Source: Azolla caroliniana
Lineage: Eukaryota > Plantae > Polypodiophyta
Assembly: GCA_043228905.1 (NCBI GenBank)
Contig: JBHGNT010000010.1
Span: 1,674,001 to 1,738,000, forward strand
DNA: 64,000 bases
Reading direction: 5' to 3'
Part shown: piece by piece, positions 44,870 through 58,734 of the stretch
How the letters are laid out: each line of letters opens with the position of its first letter
Numbering within the stretch: the stretch's first letter is position 1
Notes under the pieces: generated by a model
Databases searched by the model: none
The model's input: only the letters and a program-made list of their open reading frames with translations
What the model was told of the DNA's origin: nothing
Position numbers and translations under genes: made by a program

Positions 44870-47800
44870 CCTCTGTTCATCACACTTAGTCTTGTCTATT
44901 GTGACTTATGTCAACACCCTTGCCTGGGTATCTATGTAATTGTGTATGTGTGTCATGTATTTAGGCTTCCTTTTTACCATTGCTTATGTTGGTTGATGAG
45001 TGGGAATGACGACACCTTGCATGCATGCATGTATGTATGTATGTATGTATGTATGTATGTATGTATGTATGTATATATGTATGTATGTATCACTCATATT
45101 TGACCATGGTATTCGTATATTTGTATGATGTAAGACTTTGTTCAATCTTTATGTCTCCACCATGATGATATATCATGTGTTTTATATTATAGATGTTTGG
45201 TACTTCATTACCAAGCAACTTAGATTTGGACCATTGAATCCGGACACATTTCTTGCATTACATTGGATCAAGTCACCTTTCCCTCTAGTTTGATAATCCA
45301 ATTGCTCCCTTTGAAGACCAATTTATCATATGTTTAATAATATTCGGTCTTCGTGTATTGAAATATCTCGAAAGAACTGGGACCCAACCTTTCATTCGCT
45401 TATAGCCCTGCATGTTTCATGTTTGACTGAATTAGTCTTTAAGTTTGTGTCTCCAATTTCATGGTACGATGACATTGGATAAGTGATTTCGGAGCCCTTA
45501 TAGACATACATTTACTAAGTTTGCTTTGCAATGTTTAATACTAGTTTTCCTATTCTAGTATTTATGAGACGTGATACGTCCGAAGATGCCATGAAAGGAT
45601 TGCAACTGCTCTTTATGATTCGACCCTGATGTAAATGCATATCTCAAATGGCCACGATTATTTTAATAGTTGTAATCTGGTCTATTTTCTTCTTTGTTGG
45701 CATAATCATAAACGGTTGGAAGATTGTTCATCAAAGTTGTTTCGAGGAGCCGTCCACATTTCCTTTAATTTTCAAAGCAATAGTAAACCAAGGACTAACG
45801 TGTCTTTCAAGTAGTGCATATCTGTCTTTTATTCGTTCGATAATACAAAGTAATCATCTATATGTAAAAAACACGAATGTATGCACATGTTGCTTTAAAT
45901 AAGAGGCAGATCTTAAGTTTGAGAGACTTTAAAATGATTAACCCATTCTTGTCAAAACAAAAAGTAATAATAGCAATAGAATACCTTTGCTCTAAAAATT
46001 GCAAATGTTCAGAGAGCAGATGACTTTCCTAATACAATGTTGGGCATGATGATTGAATTTGTTTTCTTCTGAAGCGGAGGCTCAATTATGATTTATGAGC
46101 ACCAAGGTGGGTAGAGTTCACCTTTCAACTTGAACCATTGGGACGATCTGGCCCAGAACATTCTAATCGTTTGTATATGCATATATACATATATTGATTA
46201 TTTTCAAAGACAATTGGTTTATATGAGGTGCATTCTATTTCTAGATGTGCTCAATGGATAATGCCACAAAGGCAATGCATTTGTTTTTATCAACGGAAAT
46301 TAGGAATTTTAATTTTATTCGAATATCTTTGTGATTATGAAAACGATTTATTGATTCGTCCTTTCTCGTATACAATCTATTTTATTCTTAGCCATGGGTA
46401 TGAATTTGTTAGGTTCTCCAATCCATGCGGTGGCTACTTGATTTGCCACAACATTTTAAATCATCCCCAATGTTGATATGGTAGATATTGCCGATGTTTG
46501 TTTTTTTAATGTATGGATATCATGAAAGTTATAACTCATGACGTGGTGTCACCACATAATGACGGTATATGTCCAATGGGAGGGCCATTTCTATGGGATT
46601 CCAACGTTATGCTTATGAATGGCCTAAACCTTTAATGTTTGTCATTTATGTGCTCAAGATATGGATTGTGAAATATTTGTTGATATTGCTCATAAGATGA
46701 TCTATATATGTCCATGTTTTGTTGGTAATTCATGCATGGGCAATCTTTGGTTGATCCATCAATGGAGAAGCACAATTGGTTGTCTTTTGGCATCTCCCTT
46801 GCAAATAACACAAGTTGATGACACCAAAGTTGGCCTAATGAATCGAGTTGTGATTGAATTGGCTTTGTTGAAATAACAAAGGCCCATGAGGTTGTGACTT
46901 CAATTAATCGATACATCATAGAGTTCACAGTAAGATTGTGATATAGGTTGGTGTGATGTGTTGGCGAGGATGATGGTAAGTGTACAAAAAAGATATATCG
47001 ATAAGCATGACAGAGAAAGGGAGGGACAAAAAGAACAACTCAACGGAAAAGATGCATTGTTCATCATTAGAGAGAGACAATTATGATAGTGAACAAAACA
47101 AGTTGTACGACATTCATGAGACAGAGAGAGAGAGAGAGAGAGAGAGATTCAAAACCCGATGATCCACAAAAGAAACTTTGCTAGCGAAGGGGGAAATAAA
47201 AAGACATGTTACATGTTATGGAAGGGGAGTGTAGCGGAAATCATATATTTTATTCTTTGTTTGTCTTTGAGGTAACAACGAAATTTTGAAATAACTTGTA
47301 TATTTGTATCAAATTTCACTGTCATTGTCGACCCCACATTGAGTATACTTTAATGCTAAAGTTGTGTACAATGTTGATTTGACAAAGTGAACCATTAAAG
47401 CTCGTGCAAATAAGAGTTATCCATTGACATCCTTTTTAATGATCTTGTTAATATGGTGGTTACCAATATACACTATGCTCTCATGCATGTGGTCACTCAT
47501 ACATGGTAACACCTTGCATAAATGTGGGGCCCTATGGAATATACATTGATGTCTATACACATGTATACATGCATGCGTCCAAGCAGAGGAGGCCCACTCC
47601 ATGTGCATAATCACATGATATTTAGATAACCTAATTTCTCTGGTCCTCTTAGAAATGCATGTGTCAAAGTATCCAAGATGTTTGTAGATATGTCACATAG
47701 TTAGCTACCATGTCTTGAATGGAGATAAGTGCATTGGCATGATCGTGGGTTTACTCACGTACCTTTCTTCAATTGTCCCAATTGGCAATCTCAAGAAGCA

Positions 47801-49303
47801 TGTTAGAGTTGGATTATGTGCTTTTTAATCCATTCCTAAATTTGGTGCATTTTCAACGCATTCCTTTGGTCTACATTTCTCAAATACATAATTTCCTACG
47901 AGGTTTCATACTTTGAATGTAAAATGGAAAGGTAAATTGGGTTAGAGTCTACTCAATGTTTTACCTCAAATTGATGGTATGGCATAAACCTAAAAACATT
48001 TGACCAAAAAGGTTGAACCATATTGAAAAGCAACCTCGTTTCTTTATTTATGCTTGTGTCGTATGTAGAAAACATTGAGAGCCACATCAAAGCAATCAAG
48101 CAAACAAGGTACATGAGACTACAAAAGCCTGAAATCGAACGTACTGATGTGTAGCTTTTTCTTATCTCCATTGAAATCATTGATTGTCCCATGAAATTGG
48201 GAGATTTAATATTTTACCAATTGTCCCTACAAATTTGAGAATATATGAGATGACATTGTAATCAAGCTTTTATACATTAGTTGTTCCTTTTGGTAATCTC
48301 GAATTTGATGTTTACTCTAAGATTATTTTGGTCTTCATGTCATGTTGAGTATCCAAAGAAAATATGCACAACATGTTGTTATTGATGTAGATTGTAAATA
48401 GTGAATAATGAACTCAGTGAATTGGTTTGCACCTAGTTCTCATACTATGTATTTACTTCCTAATGGCCAACAATCTCAAAAAGGAAACCCCCGTCGAGAC
48501 TTCGATGGGCATACTGAATAAACAGGGGAACCAATCTACCCCCGGCCCTAAACTCGAACTTGGAATTAGAACAAGACATCACTTAGGTTCTGAACCTAGA
48601 TCTTACACTAGCCCCAGAACTAGTTCCTATACTTAACCCTAGCTTGCAACTATGTCATAAACATCATGGCTCAAGCAAAACACCCAAGGTGCAATGGGTT
48701 CCTACGAAAGAGTTGTGTGCACAACTATCCACGCGAACACTACCCCCATGCCTCCTAAACCAATGATTATGCAATGTTCAACCACATTATTATATTAATT
48801 GTAAAATGGTTGGTTTCTCCCTATATTTCCATTGTAAGTTTTTGCCCAAGATTCAATCCTCAATTTGCTCGTCCGCATTCAAATTGCTCTCTACAGTCAC
48901 TATGGAATCTACTCCACCTAACAATTCTGTCTTTTCCTAGGTCACGGGATTCAACTCACCCACAACCATAAAAGTTTGGAGGGTTCCGATTCATCTTTTT
49001 TATTGATGCTAAGCTATGAGATACACCTTTGTTTTATTCCTCTTGAATGTTCCCTATGCAAAAAAACATACTAGCATATGGAAACACATTATCTACAACA
49101 ATATAGAATGGCAAGGCCATTGCTATGGCAATCAAAATGAACCTTGCCATATATGGAGATCTCTTATGGACTGATAAGATAATGGGAAGTGTTGATAATG
49201 ATGACAGAAAGGAAAGGAAATCTCTAAAAGGATGAGTAGGTAGTGTAGAGATAGAGATATCTTCCATTTCTAGAAGAGCCACTCCTTGGAAGATTAGACA
49301 AGC

Positions 49304-49341
49304 TTTAGGGTTTAGGGTTTAGGGTTTGGGTTAGGATTAGG
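49304..49341 (+). repeat. Short interstitial plant telomere-like tract (TTTAGGG)3 plus degenerate units
   Basis: TTTAGGGTTTAGGGTTTAGGGTTTGGGTTAGGATTAGG. Confidence 0.8.
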
Positions 49342-49697
49342 TCTGCACGTCTACTAGTTGAGCTTTGGCAATGAAGCAGAACCGATTGGGAATACCATTA
49401 TTTGTACCCAATCATTAATTTCTTTCAAGGATTTTGGGAAATAAATATGGGGAAGAATAATACTGAAGAATGTTCAAAAAAACTTATGTTTTTGATCCAA
49501 TTATGAAAGAAAAGCCAGAGGTGCTCTCAAAAATGTTTATGGCTACAAACTTAATAAGTCACCCAAATTAATTATTTATTAAGCCACAGATATGGCAAGA
49601 AGAATCTCTATCATAAGAAAACACAGGATACCATAGCATTGCCTCTGCACATGCTTATTATGCAGGTTTCCAACAAAGTGATTCAACTATCATAAAG

Positions 49698-49800
49698 CTA
49701 AAAAAGCCAATCAGCCAATTCTACCTGATTCATCATAATGCTAAAAAAGCCAATCAACTAATTCTACCTGATTCATAAGGCTAAAAAAGGCAATCAACCA
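49698..49800. repeat. ~40-bp tandem repeat, about 2.5 units
   Basis: GCTAAAAAAG(C/G)CAATCA...AATTCTACCTGATTCAT is repeated. Confidence 0.8.
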
Positions 49801-51356
49801 AACAGGGGATGGGGGCTTTGAGCTTGGAGGAGTGAAGGGAGCTTGAGCAATCTCTCCTTTTTTCTTTTCTTTTTTACCCCTTCCCTCTTTTGCAAGTAGT
49901 TAGGATAAAGTTACCAATGGATAAATTTGGAATGGAAGAAGAAATAATTCCTCTATAGATCAAATAATCTCCTTGGTGGACACCACAACAGAAATGCCGA
50001 AAGTGTTTTTGTTGTACGAGGGGTAGAAACAAATGTATGTATGACTAAGCAGTACATGTTGTGTCGGTCATAGTAGCACTAGTAGTTTGGGCTCAAGGGC
50101 TACCACCTTTCATGTGGTCACAATAAGAGAGACCATTGGTCACAATGCTATCATGACAAATCCGAAGGAAACAGAGAGTGCCACATGAAATCCATAGAGT
50201 AGAGTTCACTTTACCTACCCCCCCTTATGCTAGTAGAAACCAAGCTTTCGAGGCATCTCGATCACTCTATGAGTTTGGAGATACTAGCTCCGAGTATAGT
50301 ATTGTGGTCAGTTGGCTTTTTCGAAAACTGCCTGCAAATTAATAACCTACCTCCTCGTAGGTACGACTAAGATACATATAAAACTTTAATCTCTCATGAC
50401 AACCATAATAGAGTGTTACGGCAAGAAATATGACAAATCGATACTCAGACATAGATTGATCAACCCATTAGTGCCACTCCCATCTAAAATCTTTTACTTT
50501 AAGGAACATTTCATGCATTTCTCTGAGTTAGGTTTTATTACACGACCAAAATATCTAGATATATTCTTATCACATGAACTAAGGATTGGTATTGGACAAT
50601 TTAGAGTATCATCCCACTAGCTTGAGGTGAAAAATGTCATAGAGTTCCTAGAGAGGAAAGGATATGTATACTATGTCACGAAGAGATAGAAGATGAGTAC
50701 AATTTTACATACAAATGTCCAGCTTACATCGAGATAAGAGAAACCTATCATGACATACATGAGCCCTTTCCCACCCTCTCCAAATTATTTGATACCGCTG
50801 ACATAAAGACACTAGGTAGGTATATCTTAGAGTTAAAACGACATAAAGAGGGTAAGCTACACAATGTTAACCATTATAATTCTAATATTCACTAACACAT
50901 AACCACATAATTTTTTCAGGGACATGGGGGGATGATGAATGTGGACACACTTGTGCCACTTGCCTCTCACTCTTTGAAGTAGAAAAACCAAAGAGTAATC
51001 AAACGCCCTCGAATACCATGCTTCAATGTCACTGGTTGTTGTACAATAGACATTATGAAGATAAGGAAACGTCAATCACCCCGCCTAGAAGATATGGTCG
51101 TGATACCATTTACATTCCAACTATAGGTCACACCCACATCAAAACCCTTCAACCCCCCGCTCTTTTTCAAGAGACATGGATGGAAATGAAACTAGTTTCA
51201 GCACATTGTCATTGCTTTATAGAACATACTACACCCCATCACACTTTTGTACCACAATATAACTTTTTTTATTTATGTTTCCTTTTCTTCTTTAAATATG
51301 ATTATTGGTTCTTTAAGTTGCTTTTATTTTATTTTTCGATGATTTGGTACTCATCC

Positions 51357-51812
51357 TGTTCGAGACATGAACTAATGTAAGCATTAGATAAGGATAGAAT
51401 ATAGATCTAGATAGAAAGGAGAGACAGAAAGAAGGGTGTTGATCCACCCGACCACCCCTGAGCGAAGGGATCAAGATAGACTCGAGCCTCGATCAGCGTC
51501 CCATACCACCGATGTGGCATCGAGTCATACCTGGTGCTGGCGCGCTCGCTACAAGAGTTGACCCACCACAAGACAGAGTCTCGACGTAGTCAACAAGATG
51601 ATCAAATGAGGGTAGCTAGGCCTCTTATTTATAGCGATACCCAAGGCCCCCAGGCAAGTTCACACTTGGCCTAATGGGTTGTCTCAATCCCGAGGATTTA
51701 AAAGTAATCCTCCCCTTCTTTACACTCTCGTTTAACCCTCACACTTATCCACGTGTATAGAATACTACGGTAAATTCTCACCACGGGATATTATATGGTC
51801 ATGCCTGTAACA
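51357..51812 (-). repeat. 3' LTR of the chromovirus
   Basis: TGTTCGAGAC...CCTGTAACA, roughly 20 differences from the other LTR by eye. The PPT AAAGAGGGGGAG lies on the minus strand at 51815-51826. Confidence 0.96.
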
Positions 51813-54800
51813 TACTCCCCCTCTTTAAAACATTGCACTGTTGCAATGGAAAGTTAGGGAAGTGAGTTCTGAGAGTATTTTTGCGTTCCCATGTGGCATC
51901 TTTTATTGATTTATCCATCCATTTTATTTTAAATTCTCGGATTTCTTTAGTACGTAATTGTTTTTTTTTAACATCGAGAATTCTTTCTGGTACATGTGGT
52001 TTAGAAGATAATTCTTCAGAAGTAACCAGAGTTTCAGTTGTAACTGTATTGTCGCCAGAACCTAGAAGTTCTTTTAGATGACTCACATGAAAAACTGGAT
52101 GAATTTCAATGCCATCAGGAAGAGCGAGATGATAGGCTGATGACCCAATGCGTTTGAGGACTGTAAAAGGTCCACAAAACCGTGGGGCTAACTTAGCGCA
52201 CTTACCATTAGACAATGTCTTAGAATTATGAGGTACACGTAAAAATACCTTCTGTCTAGGGTTGAATACACGAGGTTGCCTATTATGATCGGCATAAAAA
52301 CGCGCTCTATCTTGAGCTGTTTTTATATTATCTCGTGCAATATGCAACATATCTTGCATATCTCGAAGAAAGTTTTGCGTACTTCACAACTCATCATGAT
52401 GTATATTAACATCAATCAGGGCTCGTGGCTGAAAACCATACATCAACATAAAAGGACTATATCCCGTCGACGTATGCTTGGAGCTGTTATAAGTAAATTC
52501 CAAATTTGGGAGATAACGTTCCCATTTTGTTGGTTTTGCACCAACGTATGCTTGAAGCATGTCCCCAATAATTTGATTTACTCATTCTGTTTGTCCATCG
52601 GATTGAGGATGATCCGTGGAACTCATGCTCAACGTAGTTTCTAACTTCTTAAAGACTTGTGTCCAGAAGTCACTATGAAACTTTGGATCTTGATCACTCA
52701 CGATATCCATCGGTAACCCATAAAAACGAAATAATTAGTCAACGAATTGTTAAGCCAATTCAGGAGCTGTTAGCGTGGTTTTAGCAGCAATAAATCTGGC
52801 CATTTTAGTTAGTCTATCAACCACAACCCAGATTGCATCATGGCCTTTTTGGGTGCGAGGAAGGCTAACAATAAAATCCATGGATATACTTTCCCACTTA
52901 TTTTTGGGAATGTCCAAGGGATGTAAAAGTCCTGCGGCTTTAAGTCGCTCGGCTTTGTTAACCTGACAACCCAGGCAAGTTCACACTTGCAAAATAACTG
53001 TCATCAGGATACTTTCCTCGAAGGTGATCATAAAGATCTAATGATATTTCAGTGAAGCTAAGCATGTTAACTTCACGGATGCGACTTAGTGCATCTGTGA
53101 CAGTGTTCATGGAATCTTTACGATATTGTATGGAAAAATCAAAGTCCTGGATGAGATCAGCCCATCGTGCCTTACGACCTTTCAGGTCTTGTTGGTCACA
53201 AAAATATTTAAAGGACTCGTGGTCCGTAGTTACCACAAAGTGATTTCCATAAAGGTAATGGCGCCATGTTTTGAGCGCATGTATAACTGCAAATAATTCC
53301 TTTTCTTGAATGGTATACCGACATTGAGCAGAATCAAGTTTCTTACTCTCGAATGTTATTGGTTTACCATCTTGATATAAGACAACACCTATAGCATAAT
53401 CGCTTGCATCGGTTTCAACCTCAAAAGGTTTTGAAGGATCAGGTAAAAGAAGAGAAGGAGCCTTGCAAACCAGGTCCTTGAGTTCCTTAAAGGCGAGGTC
53501 TAGTGTAGCATTCCACACAATAGGTTTTGTAGACTTACGTGTTTGACCTTTTAGAAGATCAATAAACGACGTCGTCAATTGGGAGTAATTACGAAGAGAT
53601 TTTAGCAAAAACCTGACAAAACCAAGGAATGATCGAACTTCTCAAATATTCCAAAGAGTGGGCCAAAGCTTGATTTTCTCGATGTGAGAAGGATCAATTT
53701 CAAGTCTTCGTTCGGTTATGAGATGTCCAAGATAAGTAATTGATTTCTTAAAGAACTCACATTTTGAGATCTTAGTGCAAAACTGTTTGTCACGCAATGT
53801 TTGTAAAACAAAGGAGACATGTTTAGCATGTTCTTGTAATGTATGGCTATAAACTAAAATATCATCCAAGAAAATAACGACAAATTTTCCAAGTTGTTCT
53901 TGGAAAATGTCATTCATTTCTTGTTGAAATGTAGCCGGAGCATTGGTCAAACCAAAAGGCATAACCAATAACTCATAATGGCCATAGCGCGTACGAAATG
54001 CCGTTTTAGGAACATCGTCCTCACTTATACGTATTTGATGGTAGCTAGTATGGAGATCAAGTTTCGTAAAATACCGAGCTCCCTGGAGATGGTCAATTAG
54101 ATCGTTAGCTCGGGGCAATGGATACGAATTCTTGATCGTCACTTTATTCAAGCGTCGGTAATTAATACACATACGCCATGTGCCCTCTTTCTTTTTAACC
54201 AAGAGAAATGGTGCACCCCACGGAGATTTACTATAACGTATATAACCCATTCGTAAATAGTCCTTGAGTTGCTTAGATATCTCATCCTCTTTGGATTGAC
54301 TTAAGCGATAAGGAGGTATAATTATTGGTGCAACACCAAGTACAATATCTATACGATGGTCTATATTACGTTTAGGAGGTAACCCATCAGGTAGTTCACT
54401 CGGAAAAACATCACGAAAATCATTTAAGATTTCATCAAGTTGTTGTTGTTCAAAATATGTTAATTGAACCGAGACATTATCGATATTGTAAACGTGAATG
54501 TCCGGATCAAGTACACAATAAAATAGAGTAGAACAAGACAACTCGGATATTGATGGACACGAGGAAACAATCAAGAGGGATTGTTTTTTGACACATTGAA
54601 TAAAATGAGTACAATCTGTCAGTACAAAGGAAATGGAATGATGAACCCAATTGATTGATAAAGAAGAGTTTTTATTATAGAACCAGGGATAACCCAGTAT
54701 TACATCAGTGGTACAAAGATTCATTACATGGAAGTCTACTTCCTCTATATAAGTGTCAATAGAAATTCCTAATGAATGAATCGCCCCGTTGATGTATTGT

Positions 54801-56071
54801 ACTCTTCCATCAGCCAAGTGCACCCTATAGGTGTGATCACTTACGATGGGTTGGATTCTCCATATCTAAACCAAACGATCATTCACAAAGTTGTGTGAGC
54901 TTCCCGAATCAAACAAAAATTGTATGGGAGATCCATTGATATACCCGTTTGCACGTAGTAAATCATTGGGACCCAATACATAGTGAGGGAAAGAACATTG
55001 ACAATTACTTAAATGATGTGTATAGACCTGAAGGACATTAGGAATCTGACCTTTATGGTCTGCAACTTTAGCTTTGTTGTCGTGCTCCTTCCATTGGAGC
55101 TTTCGACATTGTTCTTTTGTATGACCCTTCTTTTTGCAGAATGCGCAAAAAGGATGTTGTCGCTTACAATCGCGATCCATGAATTCGTTGGGTGTCTTGT
55201 GTTTCCCAGTGAATTGCGACTGCTTAGTCCCGGGCGCTTCGTTGGGTTTGTTGTGGTCCTTCGAAGTGCGTTGATAGCGAAGGACTATTTCAACAGCCTC
55301 TTCGAAGGATTTTGGATCCTTATCGTGCACTATCCAGTGATAGTCTGAATTGGGGATGCCATTGACAAAACAAGCTATTAACCAATTGTCCCCTTCTAGA
55401 CCCGATTTATGGATTTGGGTTCTAGCATGGTGGACATAGTCTTCTAGCGAGGAAAACTTCCTACTAGAGAGATTCATTAAAGCTTGAGCTGCCTCGGTTC
55501 GTGAGGGAGGTTGTAGAAATTGCCCCTTAAAAACTGTGACAAAATCTGTCTAGGTATCGGGCAATTTCCCCAAAGTACGGAGCCCACGCCACCAGGCGGT
55601 GGCCTTACCCCCTAGTTCTCGGCCGACATATGCAATCTTCGTACTATCTGGCGTGGGATAGAGCTCAAAATGAGACTCCCATCGGCCCAATCACGTATAG
55701 ATTGCTTCTTCGGTTCTTTCCTTTTTTTCTCCCGTAAATGGCTTAACGACAAACGATGGTTCACCCTGTCGCTTATCAGGTCTATTAGTCTCACGTTGTA
55801 AACTAATGACACGTGCCTCAAGAGAACTTTGAGATTGCCGAAGTTCGGTCATCTGTTGAGCGATGAAACTAAGGTATTGGGTTATTTGCGAAAAGTACAT
55901 CTCAATGGACATTTGTCCAGGAGGATTTCCTTGAGTTCCTTCAGCTTGAGCAGATGACATCAAGTCGTTATTTTGAGCCATTGAATGGTTATTTCTGGCA
56001 AAGAAATAGGATAAGGTCAGACAAATAGTCATAACATCATGTCGTGATGTAAACATATCATGGGCAAACAT
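51799..56071 (-). pseudogene. Disrupted gag-pol polyprotein of the chromovirus
   Basis: Motifs: Gag GKATAWW and zinc knuckle CAFCKKKGHTKEQC, protease LFDSGSSHNF, RT LVMPFGLTNAPATFQ and VVIFLDDILVYS, RNase H VETDASDYAIG, integrase WESISMDFI and KLAPRFCGPF (GPY/F), chromodomain PERILD...FKIKW...DATWE. Several in-frame stops and frameshifts interrupt it. Confidence 0.95.
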
Positions 56072-56870
56072 TAATCGATATCATGATCTCACGTCAATAC
56101 CCCTCTAGACGTATGAGATGAGGTTCAAGATCAGGTTACTATGGTAACACAAAGGTGTTTTAAAAACCATGGGGGTGACAAATGAATGTCTTTCCTTTAT
56201 CTCTATATCGATTTTTTAATGGCGGCTCCCCCAGGCTCAACCATGTATGTTTGCGTCATGAGTAGTTTATACATGAAAAAAATGTTAACAATAAACTATG
56301 TTTCAGTGCCCACATATGTGGTTTCGGCTCTTTAAGTCCTATTACGAGGACCCCGAAGTGCACTTAGACCTTAAGTCTAAACATGTGTTATAGTAATATA
56401 TATCAACAATGTTGCATGGTCTTGATAATATTTGAACTCGAGACCTCGAGAACAAATACATTAAACAGTTGAGCCAACCAAGTAGGTTGCTCTTCTTGAA
56501 TGTTTAACGTTTATTGTTTCATGCGTATAAGAGATATGTGACGCATTTGTCCATATATGTTTTTTTAAAAGAAACATATATGTCAGGAGTCCTTATTTCG
56601 CCCTGATTTACTACAACTATGTTGGTACGTTACCTAACCTCAAGTCTTGTAATTACGATGGCATATGCCAAAGTGCAACCTAATGGTCAAGCCAAATGAG
56701 CCCTCTTTTCGTAGTAGGCCCACGTGGCCCATCACATGGTCACATCATTACGAATGCCTCTCGTAAGAATGATCTCATGGTGGCATTGTATCCATGTATT
56801 GAGGGAGGGATGTTTGATACGTGTGTCATAGGAGCGACCTCACATGAAGTGGGTCAAGCCCTACGTACTC

Positions 56871-57304
56871 TGTTACCAGCCGGCAAAGGAGTCTAGAGTG
56901 GGAAACGGAGAGCTAATTAAGTAGTAGGAATATGGTTGTAATTAAGCTATGAGTGTGGACGGACGGACCGGAATCGGTATGCCGTTCCGGATCCGGACCG
57001 ATCCCGAACAGGTGCGGATGGCACCGTTTTGTAATACAGACCGGAAACCTATTTAAAGGCCCGGATACAATGTAATAGAGAGCGGTTAATTAATGAAAGC
57101 TTAAGCGTTGTTATCTCTCTGTGTTAATTGCCGTTCTGTCTTAATTGTTATATCTTACGCGTGTTATGAAAGACGATCCTAATAAGTAACTTAACTAAGT
57201 CGGATTAAGCGTTGAAGTCTAATCCGGTTGCCGTAACACCCTTTGGTGAAGTGTATCACGTAGACACCCTGTGTTAGGCCATTGTCCGGCCCAAAGAGTT
57301 AACA
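56871..57304 (+). repeat. 5' LTR (copy A1) of the nested element
   Basis: TGTTACCAGCCGGC...AAAGAGTTAACA, with a TATA-like TATTTAAA near 57050. Confidence 0.95.
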
Positions 57305-58296
57305 CAGTTTTTGGCGACCACGATGGGATCCCCTTTTGGAGACAAAGTCGAAGATTAATACGTGGCAGAGACAACAACGACGAAATGTGTGATAATGGTG
57401 ACGATGATGTGCGAGAAATCGAATTTATGATGAGTAGCAAATCGAATCAGTAATGTGCAAGAAATGGCGACCACAATGCGTTGGAAATGGCCATGTTAAC
57501 GAAAAAAAGAAGAAACAATCATAGCGATAACTGGAATGACAAAGATCGACAACAAGAACGATGGCCGGACCGAAGATGAGCGGGACAACAACCGGATAGC
57601 CAGAAAGACATGGTTGTTCGTGCCGAACAACAACGAAGATGGAGACGGCCGGACAATAGTTCGAGCGGTCGGATAGGCCGGAGAGTGACTGGACAGGAGC
57701 AACCGGAGCGGCCGAAGTGGCCAGAGAGCGGTCAGAATGGCCGGACAACTACTGAAGAGCAACCGGACGACGATCGGACGGTGACGGAGACGAGCGAACC
57801 TCGGCCAAAAACAGACGACCAATTGCAAATTGGTCGAACAGGGCTGACAAGGCCGGCGACAGAGACATCTGGAGATGGATTGGACAGACATGGCCAGACG
57901 GGCCAAACAACGGAAAGAGCGGCCAGTATGGCCGTAATAGCCGAACAGTGGCCGGAGTGGCCAAACGGGCTGGATAGACGACCAACCACAACAACCAAAA
58001 CAAAGACAACACAGAGAAAAAAGAGGCAGACATGCAGAAAATAAGAAGAAGAGAGAAGAGAAATGCAAGGAAGAAGAAGAACAGTGAAGGAAGAAAAAGA
58101 AGATGTCATGGAAGAAGAGAAAGGCATGAACAGATAGACACGAAGTGGAAGAAACAGAGACAGAAGAAGAAAGAGAGAGGAGGAAAAGAAGACAGGAAGA
58201 GGAGAAGAAGCAACAGTTAACACCAAGAAGGAGGAAGAAGATGCAGACAACACGCAGGAGAAAACGTAAGAAGACAAACAATAATAATAAAAACTG

Positions 58297-58734
58297 TGTT
58301 AACTCTTCAGGCCGGACAATGGCCTAACACAGGGTGTCTATGTGAGACACTTCACCAAAGGGTGTTACGGCAACCGGATTAGACTTCAACGCTTAATCCG
58401 ACTTTAATAGTTAAGTTACTTATTAGGATCGTCTTTCATAACACGCGTAAGATATAACAATTAAGACAGAACGACAATTAACACAACGAGATAACAACGC
58501 TTAAGCTTTCATTAATTAACCGCTCTCTATTACATTGTATCCGGGCCTTTAAATAGGTGTCCGGTCTGTATTACAAAACGGTGCCATCCGCACCTGTTCG
58601 GGATCGGTCCGGATCCGGAACGGCATACCGATTCTGGTCCGTCCGTCCACACTCATAGCTTAATTACAACCACATTCCTACTACTTAATTAGCTCTCCGT
58701 TTCCCACTCTGGACTCCTTTGCCGGCCGGTAACA
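58297..58734 (-). repeat. Internal inverted LTR copy (A2), 438 bp
   Basis: Reverse complement of A1/A3 over the whole length, with a 4-nt insertion. Confidence 0.95.

Noticed and set aside
43939-45103. MYVC-rich and RERE-rich ORFs (also at 3.1-4.4, 10.5-11.1 and 16.8-17.3 kb)
   Set aside because: They are translations of microsatellites.
48440-49010. Possible retrotransposon gag remnant (QWVPTKEL, KVWRVPIHL)
   Set aside because: The motifs are too short and degenerate to support a call without a search.
49825-49850. miR159/319-like sequence GGAGTGAAGGGAGCT
   Set aside because: The ends do not match the mature miRNA, and no complementary star arm is visible within the expected distance.
57496-58327. 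Long overlapping ORFs (261, 181 and 144 aa) inside the nested element
   Set aside because: They arise from GA-rich, low-complexity strand bias and show no recognisable domain.
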